NCBI GenBank assembly: GCA_963817385.1
Contig: CAWFOM010000010.1
Coordinates: 288,001-352,000, forward strand
Origin: an uncultured delta proteobacterium
GTDB lineage: Bacteria > Desulfobacterota > Syntrophia > Syntrophales > UBA5619
Length of the DNA stretch: 64,000 bases
Reading direction: 5' to 3'
Shown: one piece after another, positions 41,964 through 52,312 of the stretch
Position numbering within the stretch: position 1 is the stretch's first letter
How the letters are laid out: each line of letters opens with the position of its first letter
Made by a program: the position numbers and the translations under genes
The notes under the pieces: generated by a model
What the model was told of the DNA's origin: nothing
Seen by the model: the letters and a program-made list of their open reading frames with translations, nothing else
Database searches by the model: none

Positions 41964-44258
41964 ATGATTGATATGATCAAGGACAAAGAGGTCTCGGAAC
42001 TCGAAGAAAAGCTCCAGTTGCGCAAGGCCCTGGTTGACATCACCAACAGGATCCACGCCGCCCAGAATATCAAACAGATTCTCGTCGATCTGAAGGACGG
42101 AATACTGAACCTCTTCAGCGCCCACTCCATTACCATCTATGTGGTCGACCAGCCGCGAAAAGAGATCTATTCCATGTTCCTCAGCGGCACCCAGGTGAAA
42201 GAAATCCGGGTGCCGATCAACAACAGGAGTATCGCCGGGTATGTGGCTAATACCGGCAAAACGGTCACCATCGGCGACGCCTACGATGTCGCCGAACTGA
42301 AGTTGATCGACAAGGATTTGGCATTTGATATGAGCTGGGACAAGAAGTCCGGATTCCGGACCAAACAGGTCCTGGCCGTACCGATCATCCATAACAACAC
42401 CCTCATGGGTGTCCTCCAGATCCTCAACAAGAAGAGAGGCAAAGGCAATTTTTCCAATGATGACCGAGGATTTCTCCAAGAGATCTCGGACGTCCTCAGC
42501 GTCGCCTTCTTCAACCAGGAGCGGTACGCACGGCGGCGCAAGACACGCTTCGATTACCTGATCAGCCACGACCTCATCAAGGAGGAGGAGCTGGACAATG
42601 CGTGGGAGGAATCAAGGGAAGCAAAGGAACCCATTGAAGATTACCTGATGAAACAGCATGCTATCTCGCGAGAGAACCTTGGCCGCTCCTTCGAGGAGTT
42701 CTTCCGCTGCAAATTCATCCCCTTCTCTGATAAAACGCCCATCCCGAGCGACCTGCTCATCAATCTCAAGAAAGAGTACCTCCGCCGGGAACTCTGGGTT
42801 CCGCTGGGAAAGAAGGACGGCATCATCCATGTCATCGTAGATGATCCGAAAAACATCCTGAAACGCGACATGATCGAAAACCTCCTGAAAACTAAATCCG
42901 TCCGCTATGATGTTTCCCTTCCCGCTGATATCATAAAATATATCAACCATTTCTATCATTCTTCCGAGGATGACGCTTCCATCACCGAAATCCTCGGCAA
43001 ACTCGACGCCGATGATGAGCCGACGGATGAAGACGAAGAGATAGTCAATGAATCGGACAGTGTGATCATGCAACTCGTCAACAAAATCATCCTTGACGCC
43101 CAGACCAAACGCGCCTCCGATATTCACATCGAACCGAACATCGCAAAAAAGAACGTCGAGGTCCGCTACCGTGTCGACGGCGACTGCGCCATCTATCAGA
43201 CCCTCCCCTACAGCTACCGTGCGGCGGTCGTCTCCCGCATCAAGATCATGTCGAACCTCGATATCACCGTCCGGCGTCTTCCGCAGGACGGCAAGATCAA
43301 GTTCAAGAAACCGGGCGGCGAGGAGATCGAGCTGCGCGTGGCCACCATCCCCACCCAGGGAGGCGTGGAGGATGTCGTGTTGCGGATCCTGGCCAGGAGC
43401 GGGAGCACCTTGCCCCTCACCGCCATGGGGATGTCGGTGCGCAACTTCCGGGAACTCAAGGTCATCCTGGATAAACCCTACGGGATGATCCTCGTCGTCG
43501 GACCCACCGGTTCCGGCAAGACGACCACTCTGCACGCCGCCCTTCACGAGATCAACAGACCCGATCGAAAGATCTGGACTGCCGAGGACCCCGTGGAAAT
43601 TACCCAGTACGGACTCCGTCAGGTCCAGGTTCATTCGAAGATCGGATTCGACTTCGCCGCCGCCATGCGCGCTTTTCTCCGGGCCGACCCGGATATAATC
43701 ATGGTGGGGGAGATGCGTGACTTTGAAACGGCCAAGATCGGTGTCGAGGCGTCGCTGACGGGCCATCTCGTCTTGAGCACCCTCCACACCAACAGCGCTC
43801 CGGAGACGATCGTCCGCCTCCTCGACATGGGAATCGACCCGCTCAATTTTGCCGACGCGCTCCTCGGCATCCTCGCCCAACGTCTCGTCCGGACCCTCTG
43901 CAAAAAGTGCAAGGAGGCTTACCATCCGAAACGCAGTGAATACGACGAGATCATGGAGAGTTATGGAGAGGAGCAATTTCTGAAGCTGGATATCCCCTAT
44001 GACGACAAGTTCATGCTCTACCGTCCGAAGGGGTGTGAGGCATGCGAAAAGTCGGGTTACAGAGGCCGGATGGGTATCCACGAGTTCATCGTCGCCACGG
44101 ATGGGATCAAGCGATTGATCCAGAAGCACGCGTCCGTAGAGGCGATGCGGGATTTAGCAATAGAAGAAGGAATGACGACCCTCCTGCAGGACGGCATCAG
44201 CAAATCGATCCAAGGGGTCACCGACTTCAAGCAGGTGAGACGGGTCTGCATCAAATAG
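41964..44258 (+). CDS. GAF-domain-containing GspE/PilB-family secretion ATPase
   Basis: N-terminal GAF (IAGYVA, DAY, DKKSGFRTK, GVLQILNK); ASDIHIEP, GPTGSGKT, EDPVE, GEMRD, TLHTN, CxxC..CxxC. Confidence 0.88.
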   Translation: MIDMIKDKEVSELEEKLQLRKALVDITNRIHAAQNIKQILVDLKDGILNLFSAHSITIYVVDQPRKEIYSMFLSGTQVKEIRVPINNRSIAGYVANTGKTVTIGDAYDVAELKLIDKDLAFDMSWDKKSGFRTKQVLAVPIIHNNTLMGVLQILNKKRGKGNFSNDDRGFLQEISDVLSVAFFNQERYARRRKTRFDYLISHDLIKEEELDNAWEESREAKEPIEDYLMKQHAISRENLGRSFEEFFRCKFIPFSDKTPIPSDLLINLKKEYLRRELWVPLGKKDGIIHVIVDDPKNILKRDMIENLLKTKSVRYDVSLPADIIKYINHFYHSSEDDASITEILGKLDADDEPTDEDEEIVNESDSVIMQLVNKIILDAQTKRASDIHIEPNIAKKNVEVRYRVDGDCAIYQTLPYSYRAAVVSRIKIMSNLDITVRRLPQDGKIKFKKPGGEEIELRVATIPTQGGVEDVVLRILARSGSTLPLTAMGMSVRNFRELKVILDKPYGMILVVGPTGSGKTTTLHAALHEINRPDRKIWTAEDPVEITQYGLRQVQVHSKIGFDFAAAMRAFLRADPDIIMVGEMRDFETAKIGVEASLTGHLVLSTLHTNSAPETIVRLLDMGIDPLNFADALLGILAQRLVRTLCKKCKEAYHPKRSEYDEIMESYGEEQFLKLDIPYDDKFMLYRPKGCEACEKSGYRGRMGIHEFIVATDGIKRLIQKHASVEAMRDLAIEEGMTTLLQDGISKSIQGVTDFKQVRRVCIK

Positions 44259-44262
44259 CGAC

Positions 44263-44387
44263 TACGGCTTCGGAAAACGTCCGGATGCTGCGTTGCGCTT
44301 CCTCCCTCGTCATTGCTGCGTACGCTGGGGTACGCCTCATTCCTCGTGACTCGCGCGCCTTGCCTGCAAACGTTTTGCGAAGCCGTC
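44263..44387. repeat. Palindromic MITE/REP-like element, copy 2 (125 bp)
   Basis: Aligns end-to-end with 36412-36537; 16/17 TIR ACGGCTTCGGAAAACGT; GCGTAC-N6-GTACGC hairpin. Confidence 0.85.
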
Positions 44388-44422
44388 TACGATTCACGCC
44401 GCATAAAAGTGCGAGGAATGAG

Positions 44423-44611
44423 ATGACTAATACGATAATGGTGGGTGTAAAGATTCTTTCACATAAAGAGAAATATTGTAATCATTGCTCTCGGAGAGAA
44501 GAGGGATGTGACTTCAAACTTGCTACCGAGGCTGACAAATATTGTAAATCAAAATCAGAAGACAAAGAAATTGAAGCTGATTTTATATGGTGCTATAAGC
44601 CCATCGAGTAG
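44423..44611 (+). CDS. Putative small Cys-rich protein (62 aa), AT-rich
   Basis: GAGG RBS, MTNTIMVGVKILSHKEKYCNHCSRREEGCDF...YCKS...WCYKPIE. Confidence 0.4.
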   Translation: MTNTIMVGVKILSHKEKYCNHCSRREEGCDFKLATEADKYCKSKSEDKEIEADFIWCYKPIE

Positions 44612-44663
44612 AGCAACTCTCCCAATCCTTCTTTGCTAGAGCTGCAACAATCACATCGACCGA

Positions 44664-45287
44664 TCAGTTAACCGGTCTCTTCAGGGCCGACGCGATGTCG
44701 GCGATGACCTGCGTCGAGAGCTGCGTCATCGCCCGGCTCATGGCTTCCGCAAAACCGGAAGCTCCCTCCGTTTTAAAAAGCGCCTCGCTCCGGTATGTCT
44801 TCTGAAAGACAACGCGCTCAGGCAGTTCCCGCCGCGAGAGGTCGAGGAGGGTGAGCGTCGCGACCAAAAGGGCTTTCCTGCCCCCTCCTTCCTCTACCTC
44901 GAAAAAATCCTCCACCCCCCCTTCCATGATGAAACGGGGCTCCTCGGCATTGCGAGGGGAAAGCACCGCCCGGAAGATGCCGGCATGACGCAGATCGCGC
45001 CGCAGAAGGTCCGCCACCATCTCCGCAGGCGCGACCCTCCAGCGGTGCTCATGATAGGCATCCAGGCGGAAGGGTCCCTGACGGTAGAGCATGGCCGGAC
45101 CGGCCAAGAGTCGGTCCGCGGTAAAATGCTCCACCTTGAGCATCTCTGGGACTCCGACCCCTCCCGCAGCGTTGGGGGAGGGATATTCGAGAACGTATTG
45201 TCGAACCAGCGGGGCCGACCCCGTCGGGCCGAGGCAACCGGTCAGTCCGATCATAACCAGGATGATCCCGAAGCGTTTCATCATCAC
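44664..45287 (-). CDS. ABC transport auxiliary lipoprotein (PqiC-like)
   Basis: Lipobox LTGC, HRWRVAPAEM, position after MCE gene. Confidence 0.8.
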   Translation of the reverse strand: MMMKRFGIILVMIGLTGCLGPTGSAPLVRQYVLEYPSPNAAGGVGVPEMLKVEHFTADRLLAGPAMLYRQGPFRLDAYHEHRWRVAPAEMVADLLRRDLRHAGIFRAVLSPRNAEEPRFIMEGGVEDFFEVEEGGGRKALLVATLTLLDLSRRELPERVVFQKTYRSEALFKTEGASGFAEAMSRAMTQLSTQVIADIASALKRPVN

Positions 45288-46270
45288 CTCACCTCTCCCC
45301 CGCTCTCCCGATCGTCGCGAACAGGCCGGCTGAAGAGCAGATCCGAGGGATTTTCACGGAGCCGCTCGATCAGCTTCCGGAGACTCTCCACCGCCTGGCG
45401 GAATTCATCGATCGTTGTATCGAGATCGGCGGCCATCGTTCTCGTCCGGCGGTCAAGCCCTTCGATAAGGTTCCTCGCCCTCCCGGCGGTTTCGGCGGCC
45501 TGGATCTTTTCCATTTCCGTCGTAACAGCGGCGACGAGTTGCCTGGTCTCGGCAATCCCCTGCCGGCTCTCCCCGACCCCCTGCCTGGCCTCGCCGATCC
45601 CCCGTTCCACCCCCTCGATAATTCCCTCCACCTTCCCCGCGGCCAGTATGCTCTCGACCCTTTGGAGGCTGCGATCCAGACCGACCGTCGACGAATCGAG
45701 GTTTTTCATGATCCGCTTCATCTCCCCACCGGTGAGATAGGTCTCCACCGCCCGTGACGTCTGCTTGAGCTGGTCGACGACCCCCTTGAGATCCACCTCG
45801 GCGATCTGCTCCATTATCCGATCTACGCTGGAGAACACCTGCTTCGACTGGGAAGGCTGCGAAGGGATGACCGGGTAGAGGGTCTTCATCTCTTTCGGAG
45901 GGAGAAAGAGATGAACGCGCTCGGGTCTCCGGTCGAGTTCGATAAAGACGATCCCCGTGATACCCGCAGCTTTGAGCTGACTCACCGCGCTGCGTTCGAT
46001 GTCGGCTTCAAGGTTGATCTTGATCACCACTTCCACCAGCTTCTGATCGGGGGCGACGCCGATTCGCTGCACGCTCCCGACATCCACCCCGCGGTATTTG
46101 ACCCGCGAGTCGACCTGCAACCCCTGCACGGATTCGTCAAAATAGGTCACGTACCGCGTCCCCTTCTCGAAATACTGCGATGCCCCCAGCCAGATGACAG
46201 CAGCGACGCCGATCATGACCCCCCCGATGACAAAAAGACCGGTCATGAATCTCGCCTGTCGATTCGCCAT
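45284..46270 (-). CDS. MCE/MlaD family protein with long helical C-terminus
   Basis: GLFV TM, FDESVQGL..SRVKYRGVDVGSV, GITG, LRENPSDLL. Confidence 0.88.
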   Translation of the reverse strand: MANRQARFMTGLFVIGGVMIGVAAVIWLGASQYFEKGTRYVTYFDESVQGLQVDSRVKYRGVDVGSVQRIGVAPDQKLVEVVIKINLEADIERSAVSQLKAAGITGIVFIELDRRPERVHLFLPPKEMKTLYPVIPSQPSQSKQVFSSVDRIMEQIAEVDLKGVVDQLKQTSRAVETYLTGGEMKRIMKNLDSSTVGLDRSLQRVESILAAGKVEGIIEGVERGIGEARQGVGESRQGIAETRQLVAAVTTEMEKIQAAETAGRARNLIEGLDRRTRTMAADLDTTIDEFRQAVESLRKLIERLRENPSDLLFSRPVRDDRESGGEVR

Positions 46271-47041
46271 TTACCCCCCCTTTCCCCCTTCTTCCCGAAA
46301 GAGAAATCGCCGGATCCGCGGGTCTTTCGCCGAGAGGCGGAGTTCCTCCGGGGCGCCCGCCGCGATGATCCCCTTTTCCTCCCGATCGAGCATGATGACC
46401 CGATCGGCGACACGCAGCACCAGCTCAACCTGGTGGCTCACGATGACCATCGTCGTGCCGAGACCCGCGTTGATCCCCTTGATCAGCGTCTCCAACTCCG
46501 CCGCGTTGATCGGATCGAGACCCGCCGAAGGCTCGTCAAAAAAGAGGACCCCCGGGTCAAGCGCCATCGCCCTGGCTAGTCCGCCCCGCTTCCGCATCCC
46601 CCCCGACAGCTCTGTCGGGTAGTGGTTCTCATACCCCGCGAGGTTGACCATCGCGAGTTTCATCCGTATGATGAATTTCCTCGTCTCGGGGGAGATCCCG
46701 TTTACGGAACCGAGCGGTAAGGCAACATTCTCCCCAAGGGTCATGGATCCGAGGAGGGCGTCTGACTGGAAGAGGACGCCGATCTCTTTCCTGATCCGAT
46801 TGAGCTCCTCGTCGTCGGCGGCGGCGATATCGGTTTTGCCGATAATCACCCGGCCGGCGGCCGGCCGGATGAGGCCGATCATGTGCTTGAGAAGCGTGGA
46901 TTTGCCGCAACCGCTCCCCCCGATGATGCAGAGGATCTCCCCGCCAAACACCTCCAGACTGACGTTTTCCAGAACGGTCGTTTCTCCGAAGTTTGCCGTC
47001 AGCCCTTCCACGGTGATGACCGGTTCACCCGCTTTGCTCAC
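46271..47041 (-). CDS. MlaF-like ABC ATPase
   Basis: GGSGCGKS, LSGGMRKR, FDEPSAGLDP. Confidence 0.9.
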   Translation of the reverse strand: MSKAGEPVITVEGLTANFGETTVLENVSLEVFGGEILCIIGGSGCGKSTLLKHMIGLIRPAAGRVIIGKTDIAAADDEELNRIRKEIGVLFQSDALLGSMTLGENVALPLGSVNGISPETRKFIIRMKLAMVNLAGYENHYPTELSGGMRKRGGLARAMALDPGVLFFDEPSAGLDPINAAELETLIKGINAGLGTTMVIVSHQVELVLRVADRVIMLDREEKGIIAAGAPEELRLSAKDPRIRRFLFREEGGKGG

Positions 47042-47073
47042 TGGTATTCTCCCTCTCCCGTTTCATCCCTTCC

Positions 47074-48219
47074 TCAACCCACGTAATGCAGGACGACCGC
47101 GAACGCCGAGTCCACGATCACGATCAGTAGAATGGAGGTGACAACCGCCGAGGTGGTCGCCGCGCCCACCTCCTCGACGTCTCCCCGTACCTGAAACCCG
47201 CGCTGGCAGCCTATCCACGCGATGACAAAGGCAAAGACCGCCGCTTTGACAAGGCCGGAAACCAGGTCGGATGCGGAGATGGCCCGTTGACTCTCCAGGA
47301 GATACGTATAGGGGGTCAGATCGAGCCCCGTTACCCCGACGATCATCCCGCCCGCAATCCCGAAGAGATCGGCATACAGGGTGAGCAGGGGCAGGACCAG
47401 CACCGTGGCGATAAGCTTGGGAACGGCGAGAAAACGGATCGGGTCGAACCCCATGGTCGCGAGGGCATCCACTTCGTCATGGACCACCATGCTCCCGATC
47501 TCCGCGGCGTAGGCCGATGCGGAACGGCCGGCCACCAGGATGGCGGTCATGATTGGCCCCAGTTCGCGAACAATGGCCACCGCCACGAGCGATGCGACGT
47601 AGATATTTGCCCCGAACTGCTTGAGCTGGAGGGAGGACATGAACGCAATGATCAACCCGATGAGGAGGCTTATCAGTCCGACGATGGGCAGCCCTTCCGC
47701 CCCCGCCCGCCGCATGGAGAAGAGGACATCGCCCCAGCGGACGTCACGGGGATGGCCGATAAGATGGGCCAAAGCCGCTACGAGATCTCCCAGAAACGTC
47801 ATCATTGCCGAGAAATCCCCGGCAATCCGGAAGCCGGCGTCTCCCATCGCCTCGATAACGCCCCCGGACGCCCCTTCCGTGCGGAGCGGCGGCCGGGCCA
47901 GCCCTTCGCGGTCGATCAGACCCATGAGCCGATGGATCTCGGGAGAAACATGGAGGTACGAGTGGGTGCGGCCCATCCGGAGGACCTTCTCTTCCAGCCG
48001 GAAAAGGGTGAGGAGACCCGCACTGTCCATATAGGAAAGCCCGGCCAGGTCGACCGTGACGGCCGCGGTCCTCCGGTCATCCAAGAAGGCTTCCATTTCG
48101 GCGAGCAGCCGATCCGCATCGGCCAGGGATACCCGCCCGGAGAGGGAAATAACCATCTCTGCTTCGTTTTCCGATTGCACCTGGAGGGTGTAACGGCTCT
48201 GTGATGCTGTCATTTGCAT
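47074..48219 (-). CDS. STAS-MlaE fusion ABC permease
   Basis: VDLAGLSYMDSAG (STAS); RELGPIMTAILVAGR, AEIGSM, VGAATTSAVV. Confidence 0.9.
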   Translation of the reverse strand: MQMTASQSRYTLQVQSENEAEMVISLSGRVSLADADRLLAEMEAFLDDRRTAAVTVDLAGLSYMDSAGLLTLFRLEEKVLRMGRTHSYLHVSPEIHRLMGLIDREGLARPPLRTEGASGGVIEAMGDAGFRIAGDFSAMMTFLGDLVAALAHLIGHPRDVRWGDVLFSMRRAGAEGLPIVGLISLLIGLIIAFMSSLQLKQFGANIYVASLVAVAIVRELGPIMTAILVAGRSASAYAAEIGSMVVHDEVDALATMGFDPIRFLAVPKLIATVLVLPLLTLYADLFGIAGGMIVGVTGLDLTPYTYLLESQRAISASDLVSGLVKAAVFAFVIAWIGCQRGFQVRGDVEEVGAATTSAVVTSILLIVIVDSAFAVVLHYVG

Positions 48220-48306
48220 GGAGATATCGATCCCCCGGTAAAGAAATTGCTCCCCTTCCCCAACGGACGTTCGCGCCGACGCCTCCGAGGGGATTCGGCA
48301 GGCTTT

Positions 48307-50932
48307 TCAGGAGCGCTCCAGCCGCTCCTTCCAGTCAGCCAGTCGCTGCATCGCTTCAAGGGGCGTCAGATTCATCAGATCGAGCTTACGGATCTCATCC
48401 GCGATTCCGTCCTTCTGGTCCGCAAAGAGGTTGAGCTGGTTTGTGCTCTTTTGGCTCGTCTTCCGGCCGCGGGCGATCTTCGGCATCCCGACCTCGTCGA
48501 GTTCCCCCTGCTCCATGTTCCGGAGGATCTCCCTCGCCCGCGAAAGCACCTCGGCGGGCACCCCGGCGATCCGCGCCACCTGGATGCCGTAGCTCCGGTT
48601 TGTCCCCCCTTCCATGATCTTCCTCAGGAAGATGATCTTCTCCCCCCATTCCCGGACGGCGATGTTGAAATTCCGGACCCCGTCCTTCGTGACGGCGAGT
48701 TCCGTGAGCTCGTGATAATGGGTGGCAAAGAGGGTCCTGCGCCCCGAGGGGGGCTGCGTCGTGGATATATTCCGCTACCGCCCAGGCGATGCTGAGGCCG
48801 TCGAAGGTGCTCGTCCCCCGGCCGACTTCGTCCAGGATGATGAGGCTCCGCTTGGTGGCGTGACGGAGGATGTTCGCCACCTCGGTCATCTCGACCATAA
48901 ACGTGCTCTGTCCCCGGGCAAGGCTGTCGGCTGCGCCGATACGGGTGAAAATCCTATCGACGATCCCGATCCGGGCCCGGGCGGCGGGAACGAAGCTCCC
49001 CATCTGGGCCATGAGCACAATCAGGGCGACCTGCCGGATATAGGTCGATTTTCCCGCCATGTTGGGACCGGTGATGATGAGAAACCGGTTCTTCTCCAGA
49101 TCGAGGCAGAGATCGTTCGGAACGAACCCCGTGGCTGCGGGTATCCGCTCCACGACCGGATGTCTGCCGTCGGTGATCTCGATTGTCTCTTCCGCGTCGA
49201 CCACGGGGCAGCAGTAATTGTTTCGCTCGGCAACCTCGGCAAGCGATGCAATCGCGTCAAGATCGGCGATCTTAGACGCCGTTTCCTGTATCCTCCGGAT
49301 TGCCCCGGCGATCCTCGTGCGGATCTCGACGAAGAGATCGTATTCCCGGGCCTGCCGCCGCTCTTCCGCATGGAGGACCGTCTCCTCGTACCCTTTGAGC
49401 TCCTCATTGATGTACCGCTCCGCATTGACCAGGGTTTGCTTGCGGATATAGTCAGGCGGAACCAGAGAGGCGTTCGCCTTCGTCACCTCGAGGTAATACC
49501 CGAAGACGCTGTTGAATCCCACCTTCAGGGAAGCGATCCCCGTCCGTCGCCGCTCTTTCTCCTCGAGGGCTGCGATCCACTGACGTCCGTCCCGCATAAT
49601 CGCGATGAGTCCGTCAAGCTCCGCATCGTACCCTTCCCGGATGATCCCCCCTTCGCGTATCGTAAGCGGTGGGTCCTCGACGATCGCACGCTCGATCAGT
49701 TCCCGAATGTCGGGCATCTCATCGATCCCGATATGGATCGCCCTCAAGAGCGGCGCTTCGCCCTCACGGATAAGAGCACGGATTGCCGGCAGTGCGGCAA
49801 GAGACGTTCGGAGAGCCGCGAGATCCCGTCCGTTGGCGATTCCCACGGCGATCCGGCTTCCGAGGCGTTCCAGGTCGTAGACGGATTGGAGAGAGCTGCG
49901 CAGGTTCTCCCGGAGCAGATGGTTGTTGCGAAGCTCGGAGACGGCGGCCAGCCTTTCCCTGATCCGTACAGGATCGCGGAGGGGATAGTTGAGCCACCAT
50001 CGGAGCCGTCTTGCCCCCAGAGAAGTGACCGTCTGGTCGAGGACATGGAAGAGCGACCCGGCCTTCTTCCCCTCGACGATCGTGGCGAAGAGTTCGAGAT
50101 TGCGCTTGGCGACATCGTCCAGGATCAGATGGGCGCCGCTTTCGTACCAGACAAGATCGTTGATATGGCCGAGTTGGTCCTTCTGCGTCTCGGCCATGTA
50201 GGCAAGGACGGCGCCGGCGGCGGCGGCCGTCGCCGGATGGCTCTCCAATGCCAGTTGCGCAAGTTTTTCCGCGGGGAAGTGGCTGCCCAGACGGAGCATG
50301 GCCGCTTCCGGATCGAATCGCTCCGGCGGGAAGCGGTTGATCAGGCAGCGCTCCTCATCGCCGGCAATGGCCCTCAGCAGATCGTCATCCCGGAGATCCT
50401 CCGCGACGATCAGCTCGCGGATCTCGATCCCGGCCGTCTCGGCGCGAAAAAAGTCGCGGTCCGCCGCTTCGGTCACCCGGAATTCCCCCGTCGAGATATC
50501 GACGAAGGCAAGGCCGAAGCGGCCTTCCCGGACGACCAGCGCCGCGAGAAAGTTGTTCTCCTTGGAGCGGAGGTTTTCCGTATCGAGAACAAGGCCGGGG
50601 GTCACGATGCGCACGACCTCGCGCCTGACGACCCCTTTGGCCTGCTTCGGATCCTCCATCTGCTCGCAGACGGCTACCTTGAACCCCTTGGCAATGAGCT
50701 TTGCAATGTAGGAGGAGCCGGCATGGTAAGGAACCCCGCAAAGGGGTATGGCGTCCTTGCTGTTCTTGTTGCGGGAGGTAAGCGTGATCTCGAGTATGCG
50801 GGAGGCGGTCACGGCATCCTCGAAAAACATCTCGTAAAAGTCGCCCATCCGGAAAAAGAGAATGCAGTCGGGATAGCGCTCTTTCATCTCCGCATACTGA
50901 CGCATGGCCGGGGTCAGGTCGCTCACTCCCAT
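48307..50932 (-). CDS. mutS: DNA mismatch repair protein MutS, +1 frameshift near 48739
   Basis: [32 protein letters not shown], then ATHYHEL and SYGIQVA in shifted frame; C-terminal QLNLF clamp motif. Confidence 0.95.
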
Positions 50933-51325
50933 CGGCCTCCCCTCTTTTGCAGATCGATATACGACGAGCGCTCCACCTTCCCCCGTCCGCCGATAAAGGC
51001 GTTCAGGAGCCAACTCACAAGACCGATGATCAGGGCGCCGATCACGGCGGTCCAGAAACCGTGGACCGTGAAACCGGGTATCAGCTCGGAGACGATCTTC
51101 AGCATCAGGGCGTTGATCACGAAAGGTGAAGAGTCCGAGCGTCACGATATTGAGGGGGAGCGTCAGGAGGATGAGGAGGGGGCGGAGAAAGGCATTGAGG
51201 AGTCCCAGCGTCGCCGCCGCCAGTATCGCGGAAACCATGCCGTCCACACGGATGCCGTCAAGGAGCCTGGATGCCGCCAGAACAGCCGCCGTCAATACCA
51301 CCCAACGTAGCAGTACCCCTCTCAT
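50923..51325 (-). CDS. YvlD/DUF360 '4TMS phage-holin-like' membrane protein, +1 frameshift near 51122
   Basis: [27 protein letters not shown] / VINALML...[12 protein letters not shown]. Confidence 0.82.
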
Positions 51326-51474
51326 TCCGATCCCCCCTGCCCCTTAGCAGGGTGGCGAAAACACCCTGCCGAAACCAGCCGCCGCGGAGTGATTTCCCGC
51401 CCTCTCACCCATTTACAGACCCCGACAGGGGACGGTTGCCCAAACGGCGGCCGGGTCTGGACCGACTCCATTCA

Positions 51475-51969
51475 CTATGTGAACCGCCTGAATTGATCCT
51501 CTTTGGCGCCGCAGACCGGACAGATCTCCGGCCGGACGCCGTCCGCGACATAACCGCAGACCAGGCAGACAAAGTATTCCGTCTCCCGTTCGGCCATCAG
51601 GTGGTTCATCGCCTCCTTGTAGAGTTTCGCATGCGTCTCCTCCACATCCTTACTCTGGCGGAAAAGGAGGACCGCAGCCCGGTTTCCCTCCGCTTCAGCC
51701 CGTCTGACGAAGTCGGCATAGGCGACCTCTGCCACCCCCCGCTCCGACTGGAAACTCTCCGCCAAATTCTCCTCGGTCGTCTTGAGCTCATGGAGCGCCT
51801 TGAGCGCCCTCGACCCGTGGATCTCTTCCGAGCGGGCGATCACCCGGAAGAGCTTGGCGATCTGCGGATACCCATCCTCCTCGGCCTTTTCCGCATACAC
51901 CTTCAGACGCAGAGAGGCCTTGGCCTCACCGGTATAAGCCTGCTGCAACGCATCGTGCGTGCCATCCAT
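51475..51969 (-). CDS. rbr: Rubrerythrin family protein
   Basis: AYTGEA, EEIH, EETH diiron motifs; C-terminal CLVCGY...CPVCG. Confidence 0.9.
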   Translation of the reverse strand: MDGTHDALQQAYTGEAKASLRLKVYAEKAEEDGYPQIAKLFRVIARSEEIHGSRALKALHELKTTEENLAESFQSERGVAEVAYADFVRRAEAEGNRAAVLLFRQSKDVEETHAKLYKEAMNHLMAERETEYFVCLVCGYVADGVRPEICPVCGAKEDQFRRFT

Positions 51970-52106
51970 GCCGTTTCCCTCAGCTCTCCGTAGTGAATCT
52001 TCTTCTCCGCACTCCCTCTCATTTCCTCCGTAAGGTGAGGAGAGAGTGAACGTTTTACCCAGTCATCAACGATAGACGTCGGCGGAAAGATGTCCGAACG
52101 CCGCTG

Positions 52107-52265
52107 CTATTCCGGCGCAAATTGATCTTTCGCTGCGCCGCAGACCGGGCAGACCCACTCATCGGGCAGGTCTGCAAAAGCGACCCCTTTTTTGACACCC
52201 GCATCCGGATCACCCTCGGCAGGGTCATAGACATACCCGCAGACACTGCATACATATCGTTTCAT
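52107..52265 (-). CDS. Rubredoxin (52 aa)
   Basis: Manual translation [61 protein letters not shown]; not in ORF track. Confidence 0.95.
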   Translation of the reverse strand: MKRYVCSVCGYVYDPAEGDPDAGVKKGVAFADLPDEWVCPVCGAAKDQFAPE

Positions 52266-52312
52266 CTTTTTTCCTCCTTCTCCGGTATGGTGAACCGTTT
52301 ATGTCCGCCCGG

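Noticed and set aside
44042..44611. 189-aa ORF spanning the ATPase 3' end, repeat copy 2 and the Cys-rich ORF
   Set aside because: Its first part overlaps the ATPase out of frame. Only the portion from ATG 44423 has an RBS.
48722..51310. 862-aa plus-strand ORF antisense to mutS, and similar long shadows opposite pilB, glyS, pyrB, pyrC, secD, thiolase and tctC
   Set aside because: Exact antisense of conserved high-GC genes with no recognisable motifs. Expected from codon bias.
48395..51325. 976-aa apparent holin-MutS fusion in the ORF track
   Set aside because: A single extra base near 51122 shifts the membrane-protein gene into the mutS frame. Both genes have their own normal ends and starts (50923 and 50932).
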